A stretch of DNA of 61,616 bases from an uncultured beta proteobacterium (GTDB lineage: Bacteria; Pseudomonadota; Gammaproteobacteria; Burkholderiales; SG8-41): contig CAIWNB010000150.1 in the NCBI GenBank assembly GCA_903913965.1, positions 1 through 61,616 of the forward strand, read 5' to 3'. How positions within the stretch are numbered: position 1 is the first letter of the stretch; each line of letters begins with the position of its first letter. The translations under genes were made by a program, and so were the position numbers. Below the pieces are notes generated by a model, which made no database searches, had not been told where the DNA came from, and saw only the letters and a program-made list of their open reading frames with translations. This document shows positions 43,505 through 54,728 of this stretch, piece by piece.

Positions 43505-43656
43505 GGCTCGACTTTCCATAACCCGGTTGGAAACGCGGTATCATAACGCAGGCCTGCCAACGCCGGCTGGCGAAAATTTACCACCAGCCGCCACGTCACT
43601 TTGAAACATCAAAGTCTGCTTAAAATGACAGGCTGTAGCGCCGCGTAAATGCGCGT

Positions 43657-44142
43657 ATGTCGATCAATTCAAAACCGCCCCAGACATCATCCAGGAAGCG
43701 ACTCGCGACTGTGAACTCCCCGAGCAGCCTAAAAAACAAGGGTCTCAAAGCCACCCTGCCGCGGCTGCGCATACTTGAACTCTTCGAACGCAGCGACGTG
43801 CGCCACCTGTCCGCCGAAGACGTCTACCGCTTGCTGCTCAAAGAGGGCACGGACACGGGCCTAGCTACGGTCTATCGGGTGCTCACACAGTTTGAACAGG
43901 CCGGCCTGCTGGTGCGCCATCATTTCGAATCGGACAAAGCGGTTTTTGAACTCAACCAGGGCGGTCACCATGATCACCTTGTCTGCCTGCAGTGCGGCCG
44001 CGTGGAGGAGTTCTTCGACGAGGCCATTGAGAAACGCCAGACCGCCATTGCGCTCGAACGCGGCTTTGAAATCCGCGAGCACTCCTTGCATCTCTATGTG
44101 GATTGCACCAGGAAAAACTGCCCGAACCTGCGCAAGGGCTAA
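43657..44142 (+). CDS. fur: ferric uptake regulator
   Basis: 161 aa with [27 protein letters not shown] and a C-terminal second Cys pair. It has a ~20-aa N-terminal extension relative to E. coli Fur. Confidence 0.9.
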   Translation: MSINSKPPQTSSRKRLATVNSPSSLKNKGLKATLPRLRILELFERSDVRHLSAEDVYRLLLKEGTDTGLATVYRVLTQFEQAGLLVRHHFESDKAVFELNQGGHHDHLVCLQCGRVEEFFDEAIEKRQTAIALERGFEIREHSLHLYVDCTRKNCPNLRKG

Positions 44143-44169
44143 GCCCGCGCCTCACGGCATCAGAAGTAA

Positions 44170-45831
44170 CTAGGTCTTGATGCCGAGCATTTCGGCGGCA
44201 TGCTTGCGTGTGGTCTCGGTAATTTTGACGCCGCCCAGCATGCGTGCGATTTCTTCCACGCGCGCCGCATCATCGAGCATTGCCACGCGATTGGACACCT
44301 TGCCGCCAACCGTCGACTTGCTGACCTGCCACTGCTGATCGCCGGCTGCCGCCACCTGTGGCAAATGCGTCACACACATGACCTGGTGCCGCGTACCAAG
44401 CGCGCGCAACATACGACCAACAATCTCGGCGACACGACCGCCGATACCCGCATCGACCTCGTCAAAAATAAGCGTCGGCACCGCCGCCACCTCACTGGAG
44501 GCGGTTTGCAATGCCAGGCTAATACGCGAGAGCTCGCCACCGGAGGCCACCTTGGATAACGGCCTGGGCGCGATGCCCTGATGCGCAGAAACCATGAATT
44601 CGACGTTCTCGAGGCCGTGAGCGCCGCCTTCTTCAAGCGGATTCAGGACAATTTCAAAAACGCCCCCGGCCATCGCCAGCGTCTGCATTGCTTCGGTCAC
44701 TCGGGCCGCCAACTTTTTCGCCACTTTCTTGCGCCCCGCCCCCAACCGGACAGCTTCGGCGCGGTATGCCGCGTGCGCCGCCTCAACCCGAGCACGCACT
44801 GCGCCAATGTCGCCCCCCGCCTCCAGCTCAGCAAGCCGTCGTTGCGCGCGCAACTGCGCATCAGGCAAGCCTTCGGGCGTGACTCGGTACTTACGGGCAC
44901 AGGCATGCACCGCTTCCAGACGCTGTTCAACCTGACGAAAGCGTTGCGGGTCGACCTCCAATCGCTGCTGATAATCGCGCAACATGTAGACCGCCTCCTG
45001 GGTCTGCGCCTGCGCAGCGGCCAGCACGTCGGCAATGTCCTTCAGACGCGCATCGTATTCCAGCAAGTGATCAAGACGCGAAGAGGCTTGCGCAATTTGC
45101 GCCAGACTCGACTGATCGGCTTCGGAAAGAATATCCATGGCGAATTGCGCACCCTCGATCAAACTCTGCGCATGCGCCAAACGGCTATGCTCACCCTGCA
45201 GCTCCGCCCACTCTTCGACCGTCAGATTGAGGGCGTCCATTTCACGCACCTGCCATTCAAGCTGCTCGCGCTCCGCAGCAATCGCGGCAGCGTCGGTCTC
45301 CAGCGCCTGCAAATGCCGCCGCAAATCCTGCCAACCGCGCCAGGCCGTGGCCACCGCGGCAAGCAGATCCCCGTGACCACCATAGGCGTCAAGCAATTGG
45401 CGCTGCGCCACCGGCCGCATCAGATTCTGGTGCTCATGCTGGCCATGGATATCAATCAGATATTCTCCGGCACCGCGCAATTGCGCCAGCGTCGCAGCAC
45501 AGCCATTGATAAATGCACGCGAACGGCCTCCAGCATCAATTACCCGCCTGAGCAGGCACCGTCCATCATCACCGGTCAACTCCTGCTCGGCCAGCCACCC
45601 TTGCAAAGGTGAGCCCTTGCCGAGCTCAAATTCAGCGGAAATATCGGCGCGTTCTGCCCCCTGACGCACCACCGAGGCCTCGCCACGCTCGCCCAGCGCC
45701 AGCGCAAGTGCGTCAATCAGGATGGATTTACCGGCGCCGGTTTCGCCGGTCAGCGCAGTAAAACCGGCCGAAAACTCCAGCTCAAGACGATCGACGATGA
45801 CAAAATCACGAATATTAAGACTGCGCAGCAT
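44170..45831 (-). CDS. recN: DNA repair protein RecN
   Basis: 553 aa. Starts MLRSLNIRDFVIVD, has Walker A GETGAGKS, a long coiled coil and the SMC signature SGGELSR. Confidence 0.93.
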   Translation of the reverse strand: MLRSLNIRDFVIVDRLELEFSAGFTALTGETGAGKSILIDALALALGERGEASVVRQGAERADISAEFELGKGSPLQGWLAEQELTGDDGRCLLRRVIDAGGRSRAFINGCAATLAQLRGAGEYLIDIHGQHEHQNLMRPVAQRQLLDAYGGHGDLLAAVATAWRGWQDLRRHLQALETDAAAIAAEREQLEWQVREMDALNLTVEEWAELQGEHSRLAHAQSLIEGAQFAMDILSEADQSSLAQIAQASSRLDHLLEYDARLKDIADVLAAAQAQTQEAVYMLRDYQQRLEVDPQRFRQVEQRLEAVHACARKYRVTPEGLPDAQLRAQRRLAELEAGGDIGAVRARVEAAHAAYRAEAVRLGAGRKKVAKKLAARVTEAMQTLAMAGGVFEIVLNPLEEGGAHGLENVEFMVSAHQGIAPRPLSKVASGGELSRISLALQTASSEVAAVPTLIFDEVDAGIGGRVAEIVGRMLRALGTRHQVMCVTHLPQVAAAGDQQWQVSKSTVGGKVSNRVAMLDDAARVEEIARMLGGVKITETTRKHAAEMLGIKT

Positions 45832-45872
45832 GGCTACAGCGCCTTCACACTATGCGACGCATCAAGCGCGCG

Positions 45873-46745
45873 CTAATAAAACTCCGTCCAATGCAACTTC
45901 TCGCGCAACATGCTGTAGTAGTCATGGCCGGTCGGATGCAACAGACGGATGGTGTGCTTATACCGGCGGACCAGGATCCGGTCACCGTTGTTTAAATCAA
46001 AATGGGAGTGGCTGTCAAAATGCGCGCGCGCATCGGCCGCGCTGCGCAGGGTGATCTCGACCACGCCGTCGCCGCCGATGACGATCGGACGGCTTGAAAA
46101 GGTATGCGGACAGATCGGCACCAGCGCCATCGCCTGCAAAGAGGGATGAATAATCGGCCCCCCCGAGGACAATGCATAGGCGGTTGACCCGGTCGGCGTC
46201 GCGACAATCAAACCGTCGCCACGCAACGCATACAAGAAACGTCCGTCGATCTTGACCTCAAACTCGATCATGCTGCCTTTGAGGCCCTTCGACAGCACCA
46301 CATCATTAAATGCCAGCACCCCGAACACCTTGCGACCGCCACTGAAGACCTCGGCCTCGACCAGCATGCGCTCCTCGGTCACACAACTGCCGTCGAGAAT
46401 CGCGTTGATGGTTTCGCACATGGTATCAATCGAGATATCCGTGAGAAAACCAAGCCGCCCCTGATTGATCCCTACGAGCGCCACATCAAACGGTGCCAGC
46501 ACCCGCGCAATGTTAAGCATCGTGCCGTCACCGCCCAACACGATGGCCAGCTCGGCGTCGCGACCGATCTCTTCGAGCGTATGCACCGGAAAACGGCTGT
46601 CGCCGATGTGCTGCGCCGTGAGTCCGTCAATAATGACCTTGACGCCACGCGCCTCAAGAAATTTGCCGAGCGCGAGCAGAGGCACCGCAATCTCGGGACT
46701 CTTGTATTTGCCGATCAGGCCGACGGTCTTGAACAGTGCGTTCAT
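45873..46745 (-). CDS. nadK: NAD kinase
   Basis: ATG at 46745 (MNALFKTVGLIGKY). Has GGDGTML and TPTGSTAYALSSGGPI. Confidence 0.9.
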   Translation of the reverse strand: MNALFKTVGLIGKYKSPEIAVPLLALGKFLEARGVKVIIDGLTAQHIGDSRFPVHTLEEIGRDAELAIVLGGDGTMLNIARVLAPFDVALVGINQGRLGFLTDISIDTMCETINAILDGSCVTEERMLVEAEVFSGGRKVFGVLAFNDVVLSKGLKGSMIEFEVKIDGRFLYALRGDGLIVATPTGSTAYALSSGGPIIHPSLQAMALVPICPHTFSSRPIVIGGDGVVEITLRSAADARAHFDSHSHFDLNNGDRILVRRYKHTIRLLHPTGHDYYSMLREKLHWTEFY

Positions 46746-46864
46746 GCGCTCATTATATGTGAAGCCGCAGACCACAGCCTAACGCAATGCACCGCCGCTA
46801 CTTCGAGCACGCGCCACCGCGAGGGAATTGCACCCTGGCCGCACGTTTTGTGTAGAATTCTTTG

Positions 46865-47899
46865 ATGGCCGCTGCTCATCCCAATCTCAACGAACGTGCG
46901 CAGACCCTGCTCAAGGCACTGGTCGAGCGCTACATCACCGACGGCCAGCCCGTCGGGTCGCGTGCGTTGTCGCGTATGTCCGGACTCGATCTGTCACCGG
47001 CGAGCATCCGTAATGTCATGGCCGACCTCGAAGAGATGGGGCTCATTGCAAGCCCACATACTTCGGCGGGGCGCATTCCGACCCCGCGCGGCTATCGTCT
47101 TTTTGTCGACACCCTGCTGAAAATAAAACCGCTCGACAGCATCGAGATCCACGAGCTTGAAGGCCACCTGCAAAACAACAGCCGTCAAAAACTGGTTGCC
47201 TCAGCCTCCCACCTGCTCTCCGATCTGACCCACTTTGCCGGTCTTGTCATGACACCGCGACGGGCCGCCATGTTCCGCCACATCGAATTTGTCGGCCTGA
47301 CTGAAAAGCGCATATTGCTGATCATCGTTTCGCCCGAAGGCGACGTGCAAAACCGCATTCTGACTACCAACCGGTCCTACAACCAATCGGAATTGGTCGA
47401 AGCGGCCAATATGCTTAACCAGCATTATGCCGGCCTCTCGTTCAATGAAATCCAGCATCGTGTTCATGATGAATTGAAAAAACTGCGCGAAGAGATGTCA
47501 CACCTAATGTCGACCGCACTAGAAGCGGGCAGCCAGGCGCTGCAGGAGGCCACCGACGAAGTGGTGATCTCTGGCGAGCGTAACCTGCTCGAGGTCCACG
47601 ACCTCTCCGGCAACATGTCCAGCCTGCGTAAACTCTTCAACCTGTTTGATCAAAAAGCCAGCCTGTTGCAACTGCTCGACGTTTCGAGCCGCGCCCACGG
47701 CGTACAAATCTTCATCGGCGGCGAATCCGGCCTGGTACCGCTCGATGAATGCAGCATCGTCACCGCGCCCTATGAAGTCGACGGCCAGATCGTCGGCACA
47801 CTGGGCGTCATCGGTCCGACGCGCATGGCATACGAACGCGTCATCCCGATTGTCGATATCACCGCCAAACTGCTGTCGAGCGCACTGTCGCAAAATTAA
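46865..47899 (+). CDS. hrcA: heat-inducible transcription repressor HrcA
   Basis: ATG at 46865. [26 protein letters not shown] is the HrcA N-terminal signature. Confidence 0.92.
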   Translation: MAAAHPNLNERAQTLLKALVERYITDGQPVGSRALSRMSGLDLSPASIRNVMADLEEMGLIASPHTSAGRIPTPRGYRLFVDTLLKIKPLDSIEIHELEGHLQNNSRQKLVASASHLLSDLTHFAGLVMTPRRAAMFRHIEFVGLTEKRILLIIVSPEGDVQNRILTTNRSYNQSELVEAANMLNQHYAGLSFNEIQHRVHDELKKLREEMSHLMSTALEAGSQALQEATDEVVISGERNLLEVHDLSGNMSSLRKLFNLFDQKASLLQLLDVSSRAHGVQIFIGGESGLVPLDECSIVTAPYEVDGQIVGTLGVIGPTRMAYERVIPIVDITAKLLSSALSQN

Positions 47900-47993
47900 T
47901 GTTCCGATCGCCCACGCGGGGCAGATAAAATCCCGCCGCGGCAACGCCTCTTCGTTGTCGCCGTTCCAAATCCAACCGACACCGGACTCAGCT

Positions 47994-49088
47994 ATGCCAC
48001 GCTATCTTCCCGAACCCAGCTACGCCCACGGCACTCCGGCAAAAACCGGCGTTTTACTCATCAATCTCGGCACACCCGAGGCGCCGACACCGGCCGCCGT
48101 GCGCACTTATCTGCGCGAGTTTTTGTCGGACCCGCGAGTCGTCGAAATTCCGCGTCCCGTATGGTGGATGATCCTTAACCTGTTCATTCTGCCCTTCCGC
48201 CCGAAAGAGTCGGCAAAACGCTATGCGCAGGTGTGGACCGCCGAGGGCTCGCCACTCAAATTTCATACCGAACGACAGGCGCGTCTGTTGCGTGGCTATC
48301 TCGGCGAGCGCAGCCAGACGCCGCTGACGGTCGAATACGCCATGCGCTACGGCAATCCTTCAATCGCAGCGACGCTGGCACGGATGAAAGCCGAAGGCTG
48401 TACACGCATCCTGACAGTGCCACTGTACCCGCAATATGCCGCCAGCACGACGGCCACCGCCATTGATGCAATCGGCGCGGCGCTGGCCCGCATGCGCAAC
48501 CAACCCGCACTGCGCACCATCCGCAACTTTCATGATGACCCGGGCTATATCGAAGCCCTCGCGCACCGGGTGCGGGAGTACTGGGCGGTCAACGGACGCC
48601 CGGACGTTCTGGTCATCAGCTTTCACGGCGTACCGCGTTATTCCCTCGATCGTGGTGATCCTTACCATTGTGAGTGCCACAAGACAGGGCGGCTGCTGGC
48701 CGAAGCGCTCGCGTTGCCGGCAGACAAATACCGCCTGACCTTTCAGTCGCGCTTTGGTCGCGCCGAATGGTTAAAGCCCTATACCGCCGAGGTTTTGCAA
48801 AAGCTGGGGGAAGCAAAAACCAGCCGGATCGACGTAGTCTGCCCCGGTTTCGTCAGCGATTGCCTGGAAACCCTGGAAGAAATTGCAATCGAGGGCAAGG
48901 GCATTTTCCTGAACGCGGGTGGCGGCGAATATCACGCCATCCCCTGCCTGAATGAAGATGACCTGTGGATACGTGCATTGGCGGATATCGTGCAAAACAA
49001 CCTGCAGGGCTGGCTGGAACTACCGCCCGCCGCCGCCACACTCGAACAAAGCCGCGCCAGCGCCCTCGCGCTCGGTGCAAAAAACTGA
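47994..49088 (+). CDS. hemH: ferrochelatase
   Basis: Internal ATG at 47994 of the long ORF that overlaps hrcA. Has [26 protein letters not shown] and SFHGVP. Confidence 0.9.
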   Translation: MPRYLPEPSYAHGTPAKTGVLLINLGTPEAPTPAAVRTYLREFLSDPRVVEIPRPVWWMILNLFILPFRPKESAKRYAQVWTAEGSPLKFHTERQARLLRGYLGERSQTPLTVEYAMRYGNPSIAATLARMKAEGCTRILTVPLYPQYAASTTATAIDAIGAALARMRNQPALRTIRNFHDDPGYIEALAHRVREYWAVNGRPDVLVISFHGVPRYSLDRGDPYHCECHKTGRLLAEALALPADKYRLTFQSRFGRAEWLKPYTAEVLQKLGEAKTSRIDVVCPGFVSDCLETLEEIAIEGKGIFLNAGGGEYHAIPCLNEDDLWIRALADIVQNNLQGWLELPPAAATLEQSRASALALGAKN

Positions 49089-49130
49089 CGCCGCCCCGCT
49101 TTTCTTTTCAGCTCAAGCGCTTGCCTGCCT

Positions 49131-49158
49131 CTTGAAATCGGCAGCAACGCCCCCATAA
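49131..49158 (+). promoter_or_regulatory. sigma32 (RpoH) heat-shock promoter of grpE
   Basis: Reads CTTGAAA (49131-49137), a 13-nt spacer, then CCCCATAA (49151-49158). The consensus is CTTGAAA-N13/14-CCCCATnT. Confidence 0.75.
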
Positions 49159-49201
49159 GCTCTGGATTGACCAATTTAGAGCCGCCTTTTTGAGGTAAAC
49201 A

Positions 49202-49753
49202 ATGCAAGAAAACACCCCACCAACCGGCGACGCCGGAAACACGCCAGCCACCGATGCCACCGCCAACACCAACGCCGGCCCGGAAATCATGCCAAGCATG
49301 GAAGAGCTTCTCAAAAAAGCTGAACTGACTGCGCAAGAGCATCACGACGCCTGGCTACGCGCCAAAGCCGACGCCGAGAATATCCGCAAGCGTGCGCAGA
49401 CCGACATCGCCAGCGCACACAAGTACGCCATCGACAATTTCGCCAACGCGCTGCTGCCCGTCAAGGACAGCCTAGAAGCTGCGCTCGCGACCAACAACGC
49501 AACCCTGGAAAATCTGCGCAGCGGTGTCGAATTGACGCTAAAACAGCTCGGTTCCGTATTCGAAAAATTCAAAGTGATCGAAATCGACCCGACCGGACAG
49601 AAATTCGACCCGCATCAGCATCAGGCGATCAGTGCTGTTGAGTCCGAGACGGAGCCGAACACGGTGTTGCAGGTCTTCCAGAAGGGCTACATGTTGAACG
49701 ACCGTGTCATGCGGCCGGCCATGGTCTCGGTGGCGAAGGCAAAAGGCGGTTGA
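49202..49753 (+). CDS. grpE: nucleotide exchange factor GrpE
   Basis: 183 aa with RAKADAENIRKR and DPHQHQAIS...V.QKGY.LNDRV.RPAMV. Confidence 0.92.
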   Translation: MQENTPPTGDAGNTPATDATANTNAGPEIMPSMEELLKKAELTAQEHHDAWLRAKADAENIRKRAQTDIASAHKYAIDNFANALLPVKDSLEAALATNNATLENLRSGVELTLKQLGSVFEKFKVIEIDPTGQKFDPHQHQAISAVESETEPNTVLQVFQKGYMLNDRVMRPAMVSVAKAKGG

Positions 49754-49776
49754 AAGCAAGCGAGTGAGCCCCATAT
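49750..49776 (+). promoter_or_regulatory. sigma32 (RpoH) heat-shock promoter of dnaK
   Basis: Reads TTGAAA (49750-49755, overlapping the grpE stop codon), a 13-nt spacer, then CCCCATAT (49769-49776). Confidence 0.75.
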
Positions 49777-49858
49777 AAGGGGCATGGATTAATCGGACAA
49801 CGGGCTGCCGGCCCCTTGCGGGTCGGCACTATTCAGAATCAGCATAAAGAGGTCAGCA

Positions 49859-51790
49859 ATGTCGAAAATCATCGGTATCGATCTGGGCACCACCAACTCC
49901 TGCGTCGCCATCATGGAAGGCGGCCAACCCAAGGTTATTGAAAACTCGGAAGGTGCGCGCACCACGCCGTCGATCATCGCCTACACCGAGGACGGCGAAG
50001 TCCTCGTCGGCGCTTCGGCCAAGCGTCAGGCAGTGACCAATCCGAAAAACACGCTGTATGCCGTCAAGCGCCTGATCGGCCGTCGCTTCGATGAAAAAGA
50101 AGTGCAAAAAGACATCGACCTGATGCCGTACAAAATCCTCAAAGCAGGCAACAACGATGCCTGGGTTGAAGTACGCGACAAAAAAATCGCCCCGCCGGAA
50201 GTGTCGGCGCAGGTTTTGATGAAAATGAAAAAAACCGCCGAGGATTATCTTGGCGAGCCCGTCACCGAAGCGGTGATCACGGTACCGGCCTACTTTAACG
50301 ATTCGCAACGCCAGGCCACCAAGGACGCCGGACGCATCGCCGGTCTCGACGTCAAGCGCATCATCAACGAGCCGACCGCCGCGGCACTCGCCTTCGGCAT
50401 GGACAAAAAAGAAGGCGACCGCAAAATCGCGGTGTATGACCTTGGCGGCGGCACCTTCGACATTTCGATCATCGAAATCGCGGCGGTTGACGGCGAACAC
50501 CAGTTCGAGGTCCTCTCAACCAATGGCGACACCTTTCTCGGCGGCGAAGACTTCGACCAGCGCCTGATGGAATACCTGTGCGATGAGTTCAAAAAAGAAC
50601 AGGGTATCGATCTGCGCAAAGACATGCTGGCCCTGCAGCGCCTGAAGGACGCCGCCGAAAAAGCCAAAATCGAACTCTCGTCGTCACAGCAGACCGAAAT
50701 CAATCTGCCCTATGTCACAGCCGACGCCTCAGGGCCGAAGCACATGGCGATCAAAATCACGCGGGCCAAGTTTGAAAGTCTGGTCGAAGATCTGATCGCG
50801 CGCACCATCAAACCCTGCGAACTCGCAGTCAAAGACGCTGGCGTAAAACTCTCGGATATCTCCGACGTGATTCTGGTTGGCGGCCAGACGCGCATGCCGA
50901 AGGTGCAGGACAAGGTCAAGGAATTCTTCGGCAAGGAACCGCGCAAGGACGTCAACCCGGACGAAGCCGTTGCCGTCGGTGCCGCTATTCAGGGCGGCGT
51001 GTTGAAAGGCGACGTCAAGGACGTGCTGCTGCTCGACGTCACGCCGCTCTCGCTCGGCATCGAAACACTGGGCAGCGTGATGACCAAGCTGATCCAGAAA
51101 AACACGACGATCCCGACCAAGGCGGCACAGGTTTTCTCCACCGCCGAAGACAACCAGTCGGCCGTCACCATCCATGTGCTGCAAGGTGAACGCGAAGTCG
51201 CCTCCGGCAACAAGAGCCTCGGTCAGTTCAACCTCACCGACATCCCGCCTTCACAGCGCGGCACGCCGCAGATCGAAGTTGCTTTCGACATCGATGCCAA
51301 CGGCATCCTGCATGTGTCGGCCAAGGACAAAGCCACCGGCAAGGAAAACAAAATCAAGATCCAGGCAAGCTCGGGGCTCAGCGAAGATGAAATCCAGCGC
51401 ATGGTGAAAGACGCCGAGGCGCATGCGGAAGACGATAAAAAAGCCATCGAACTGGTCACTGCGCGCAACCAGTGCGACGGCCTGGTCCACTCGGTCAAGA
51501 AAACCCTGGCCGAACACGGCGACAAGGTAAGCGCCGAAGAGAAGGCGAAAATCGAAGCCGCACTGAAGGAGGCTGAAGAAGCACTGAAGAGCGACAACAA
51601 GGAAGAGATCGAAGCCAAGTCTCAGGCGCTGGCCACCGTCTCGCACAAACTGGCCGAACAGATGTACGCGAAGGAACAAGCCACACAGCAGGCGGCAGGC
51701 GGCGAACACGCCCAGGGCGGCGCCGAAGCGAAGAAAGACGACGGCAATGTGGTAGATGCCGAATACGAAGAAGTGAAAGACAAGAAGTAG
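49859..51790 (+). CDS. dnaK: molecular chaperone DnaK
   Basis: 643 aa. Starts [17 protein letters not shown], has DLGGGTFD. Confidence 0.97.
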   Translation: MSKIIGIDLGTTNSCVAIMEGGQPKVIENSEGARTTPSIIAYTEDGEVLVGASAKRQAVTNPKNTLYAVKRLIGRRFDEKEVQKDIDLMPYKILKAGNNDAWVEVRDKKIAPPEVSAQVLMKMKKTAEDYLGEPVTEAVITVPAYFNDSQRQATKDAGRIAGLDVKRIINEPTAAALAFGMDKKEGDRKIAVYDLGGGTFDISIIEIAAVDGEHQFEVLSTNGDTFLGGEDFDQRLMEYLCDEFKKEQGIDLRKDMLALQRLKDAAEKAKIELSSSQQTEINLPYVTADASGPKHMAIKITRAKFESLVEDLIARTIKPCELAVKDAGVKLSDISDVILVGGQTRMPKVQDKVKEFFGKEPRKDVNPDEAVAVGAAIQGGVLKGDVKDVLLLDVTPLSLGIETLGSVMTKLIQKNTTIPTKAAQVFSTAEDNQSAVTIHVLQGEREVASGNKSLGQFNLTDIPPSQRGTPQIEVAFDIDANGILHVSAKDKATGKENKIKIQASSGLSEDEIQRMVKDAEAHAEDDKKAIELVTARNQCDGLVHSVKKTLAEHGDKVSAEEKAKIEAALKEAEEALKSDNKEEIEAKSQALATVSHKLAEQMYAKEQATQQAAGGEHAQGGAEAKKDDGNVVDAEYEEVKDKK

Positions 51791-51812
51791 CCGCAACAGA
51801 CGTCAGACGCGA

Positions 51813-51850
51813 GGGGTGAGGCGATCAACTTCGCCTCACCCCTTTCGCGT
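51813..51850 (+). terminator. rho-independent terminator/attenuator between dnaK and dnaJ
   Basis: GGGGTGAGGCGA-TCAACT-TCGCCTCACCCC forms a 12-bp perfect stem, followed by TTTCGCGTTGTT. Confidence 0.7.
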
Positions 51851-51894
51851 TGTTACATGCGTTGAACACCTCACACATCAGATCCTAAAAAACA

Positions 51895-53010
51895 ATGGCT
51901 AAACGCGATTTCTACGAAGTACTGGGCGTCAATCGGGACGCCTCGGAAGACGACATCAAAAAGTCCTATCGCAGATTAGCGATGAAACACCATCCGGACC
52001 GTAATCCGGACAACCCCAAGGCAGAGGAATCGTTCAAGGAAGCCAAGGAAGCCTACGAAATACTCTCCGACGCCAACAAACGCGCCGCTTACGACCAATA
52101 CGGCCACGCCGGCGTCGACCCTTCGGCGGGCGGGGGTGGCGCTGGCATGGGCGGGGGATTTGCCGATGCGTTCGGCGATATCTTCGGCGATATCTTTGGC
52201 GGCGGACGCGGCCGCTCGAATGTTTATCGCGGCGCCGATCTTCGTTACAACCTGGAAATCGGACTCGAAGAAGCCGCCCGCGGTACGGAAACCAAAATCC
52301 GTATCCCGGCGATGGAGCAATGCGAAACCTGCGACGGCAGCGGCGCCAAGCCCGGCACCAAACCGGTCAAATGCAGCACCTGCGACGGGCATGGTCAGGT
52401 GCGCATGCAACAGGGTTTCTTTTCCGTGCAGCAAGCCTGTCCGAAGTGCCGCGGTGCCGGCAAGATGGTGGAGTCCCCCTGCCCGACCTGTCGTGGTGTC
52501 GGCCGCCTCAAGCAGCACAAAACGCTGTCGGTCAAAATTCCCTCGGGCGTTGACGAAGGCGATCGCATCCGCCTGTCGGGCGAAGGCGAAGCGGGTGTCA
52601 ATGGCGGTCCGCCTGGAGATCTGTATGTTGTCATTCATCTTAAGGCGCATGCGGTATTCCAGCGCGAACACAATGATCTGCATTGCGAAATGCCGATCAG
52701 TTTCACCACCGCAGCACTCGGCGGCGATATCGAAATCCCCACGCTCGAAGGCTATGCCAAGATCAAGATCCCCGCCGAAACGCAGTCCGGCAAAGTGTTC
52801 CGTCTGCGCGGCAAAGGCATCAAGGGCGTGCGCTCCTCGACCCACGGCGACTTGCTCTGCCATGTGGTCGTCGAAACACCGGTCAATCTGACCGCCCGCC
52901 AGCGCGAGCTCCTGAACGAACTCGAAGCCATCAATAACAAGGATTCCGGCCAGCACAACCCGCGAGCGAAGTCCTGGATGGACAAGGTCAAGGAGTTCTT
53001 TGCCGAATAG
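51895..53010 (+). CDS. dnaJ: molecular chaperone DnaJ
   Basis: 371 aa with a J-domain HPD motif, a G/F-rich region and four CxxCxGxG zinc motifs. Confidence 0.95.
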   Translation: MAKRDFYEVLGVNRDASEDDIKKSYRRLAMKHHPDRNPDNPKAEESFKEAKEAYEILSDANKRAAYDQYGHAGVDPSAGGGGAGMGGGFADAFGDIFGDIFGGGRGRSNVYRGADLRYNLEIGLEEAARGTETKIRIPAMEQCETCDGSGAKPGTKPVKCSTCDGHGQVRMQQGFFSVQQACPKCRGAGKMVESPCPTCRGVGRLKQHKTLSVKIPSGVDEGDRIRLSGEGEAGVNGGPPGDLYVVIHLKAHAVFQREHNDLHCEMPISFTTAALGGDIEIPTLEGYAKIKIPAETQSGKVFRLRGKGIKGVRSSTHGDLLCHVVVETPVNLTARQRELLNELEAINNKDSGQHNPRAKSWMDKVKEFFAE

Positions 53011-53049
53011 CCCCGGCAAAAATATCTATTCGCTCTAACAGACCTCCGA

Positions 53050-53076
53050 TTAAATGCCGCTCCGGGCGGCGTTTAA
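53050..53076. terminator. bidirectional hairpin between convergent dnaJ and quinone reductase genes
   Basis: TTAAATGCCGC-TCCGG-GCGGCGTTTAA forms an 11-bp stem with one G-T pair. The right arm overlaps the stop codon of the minus-strand gene. Confidence 0.5.
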
Positions 53077-54050
53077 TCGATGTCCAGCACGACATGCCCG
53101 ATCTTCGCGCCGCGTTCAACGGCGAGATGAGCATCAATCACATCACCCAGCGGAAAGCGCTGCGCGATCGCAAATATCGGTTTCGATTGCTGGAGCCAAC
53201 GCGCAATATCGGCCTGCGCAGCAAGCTTGGCGGCATCCGACATGGTGTAAACAAACACCGGGCGCACCGTCACATTAAGCCTTAGCAAATCGTTATACGG
53301 AAAAGCCGGCTCGCGCACGCTCATCGACGCATAACAACTGATCGCCCCGAACGGCCTGATGATCTCTTTGGACAGCGGCAGGTTCTTGCCAAAATCGACA
53401 TCGACGATACGATCAACGCCGCCACACACCGTACGCACCCGTTCCACGACATTTTCGCTGCGGTAATTGATCACTGCGTCCGCACCGGCGGCACGCGCAT
53501 GCGCAGCCTTCTCAGGCGAGCTAACAGTGGCAATCACATGTGCCGCCCCCGCCCACTTCGCCAGCTGAATCGCATAATGGCCGACCACACCAGCGCCGCC
53601 AGTCACCAGCACGTTGAGACCGGCTACCGGCCCCTCGGCAAACAAGCAACGATGCGCCGTCATCACCGGGATCCCGAGGCAGGCCCCTTGCTCCCAAGAC
53701 AGGGACTGCGGCAAGGCCACGACAAGCGTCGCAGGCAGCACGATGTATTGCGCACTGGTACCGAACGGCCGCTCCCACTGCCCGTTAAAAGTCCAGACCC
53801 GGTCACCGACGCGATGTGTGGTCACGCCGGCACCGACACGATCAATCACACCGGCGCCGTCACTGTTCGGTATCAACCGGGGCCAGCGGATCGGTCGGCT
53901 ACCGGCGCGGGCCTTGACGTCAGAGGGATTGACCGCCGACGCATGTAGCCGCACCCGGACTTCGCCGGCCTGTGGCCCGGGGTCGGGTAATTCGCCGGTC
54001 TTCATTACGTCGGCCGCCGCACCATTTTTTTCATACCACGCTGCAAACAT
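53073..54050 (-). CDS. NADPH:quinone reductase-like zinc-type (MDR) oxidoreductase
   Basis: 325 aa with EVRVRLHASAVNPSDV and the Rossmann motif VTGGAGVVGHYAIQLAK. Confidence 0.8.
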   Translation of the reverse strand: MFAAWYEKNGAAADVMKTGELPDPGPQAGEVRVRLHASAVNPSDVKARAGSRPIRWPRLIPNSDGAGVIDRVGAGVTTHRVGDRVWTFNGQWERPFGTSAQYIVLPATLVVALPQSLSWEQGACLGIPVMTAHRCLFAEGPVAGLNVLVTGGAGVVGHYAIQLAKWAGAAHVIATVSSPEKAAHARAAGADAVINYRSENVVERVRTVCGGVDRIVDVDFGKNLPLSKEIIRPFGAISCYASMSVREPAFPYNDLLRLNVTVRPVFVYTMSDAAKLAAQADIARWLQQSKPIFAIAQRFPLGDVIDAHLAVERGAKIGHVVLDID

Positions 54051-54080
54051 CGACCCTCCTCCAATCCCTCATCAAGACAT

Positions 54081-54719
54081 TCAAACCCGCTCCGCGCCCT
54101 GCCACCCGCCGTGTGCCGTCCGCGTCGTCAGGCGTTTGAGCATGGCTGGCCAGAGCGCTGGCGCATCCGCAGAAAAAATCGTTGACGCGTCAGCCGCCGT
54201 CACCAGCCAGGCGCCCGCCGCGATTTCGGCCTTGAGCTGCCGCGGCGCCCACGCCGCATAACCGATATAGGCTCGCAACGCCTGCGCCGCGATTTCACCC
54301 CGCACAATCTGCTGCGGCAGCCCGGCGTCAGCGCTGAGAAAAACATCGTCAAGCAAACGCAGGCTGTTTGCTGGCGCAACCTCGCTTTGGAGCAGAAACA
54401 AGATGCGATTTTGCGCCAACGGCCCGCCGTGATAAATCCGTTCGGAGGCCAACGCCAAGCCACCGGCCTCCGGGGCGGCATCGGCAAGACGTGCAGCAAG
54501 CGGCTTATTGAGAATCAGGCCCATCGTGCCAACGCCTTCCGGCGCTGGCATCACGCATACAACGGTGTCACGAAAATTGGCATCCGTGAGATCGGGTTTC
54601 GCGACCAGTAATACGGCGCCGTCGGGCGCGTCATCGAGTGCAGCCGCGAACACGCGCGCAACAGGTGCAAAGGCCACCCCCAACGCGGCGGCGAGCAAGC
54701 GCCTGCGCGTTTGACTCAT
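54081..54719 (-). CDS. YqgE/AlgH (UPF0301) family protein with N-terminal signal peptide
   Basis: 212 aa. VLLVAKPDLTDANFRDTVVCVM...GTMGLILNKP matches the AlgH signature. It is preceded by MSQTRRRLLAAALGVAFAPVARVFAAAL, which is Tat/Sec signal-like. Confidence 0.7.
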   Translation of the reverse strand: MSQTRRRLLAAALGVAFAPVARVFAAALDDAPDGAVLLVAKPDLTDANFRDTVVCVMPAPEGVGTMGLILNKPLAARLADAAPEAGGLALASERIYHGGPLAQNRILFLLQSEVAPANSLRLLDDVFLSADAGLPQQIVRGEIAAQALRAYIGYAAWAPRQLKAEIAAGAWLVTAADASTIFSADAPALWPAMLKRLTTRTAHGGWQGAERV

Positions 54720-54728
54720 ACGCCCAAA

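Noticed and set aside
44155-44183. Inverted repeat GGCATCA-N15-TGATGCC between convergent fur and recN.
   Set aside because: The loop is long, there is no T-tract, and the right arm lies inside the recN coding end. Evidence for a terminator is weak.
45832-45960. Searched for a LexA/SOS box (CTGT-N8-ACAG) upstream of recN.
   Set aside because: None is present in the 41-bp nadK-recN spacer or in the nadK 3' end. recN may be co-transcribed with nadK, or may use a box type I do not recognise.
46776-46861. Searched for a CIRCE element (TTAGCACTC-N9-GAGTGCTAA) near hrcA, grpE and dnaK.
   Set aside because: Not found. In proteobacteria CIRCE usually sits at groESL, which is outside this window.
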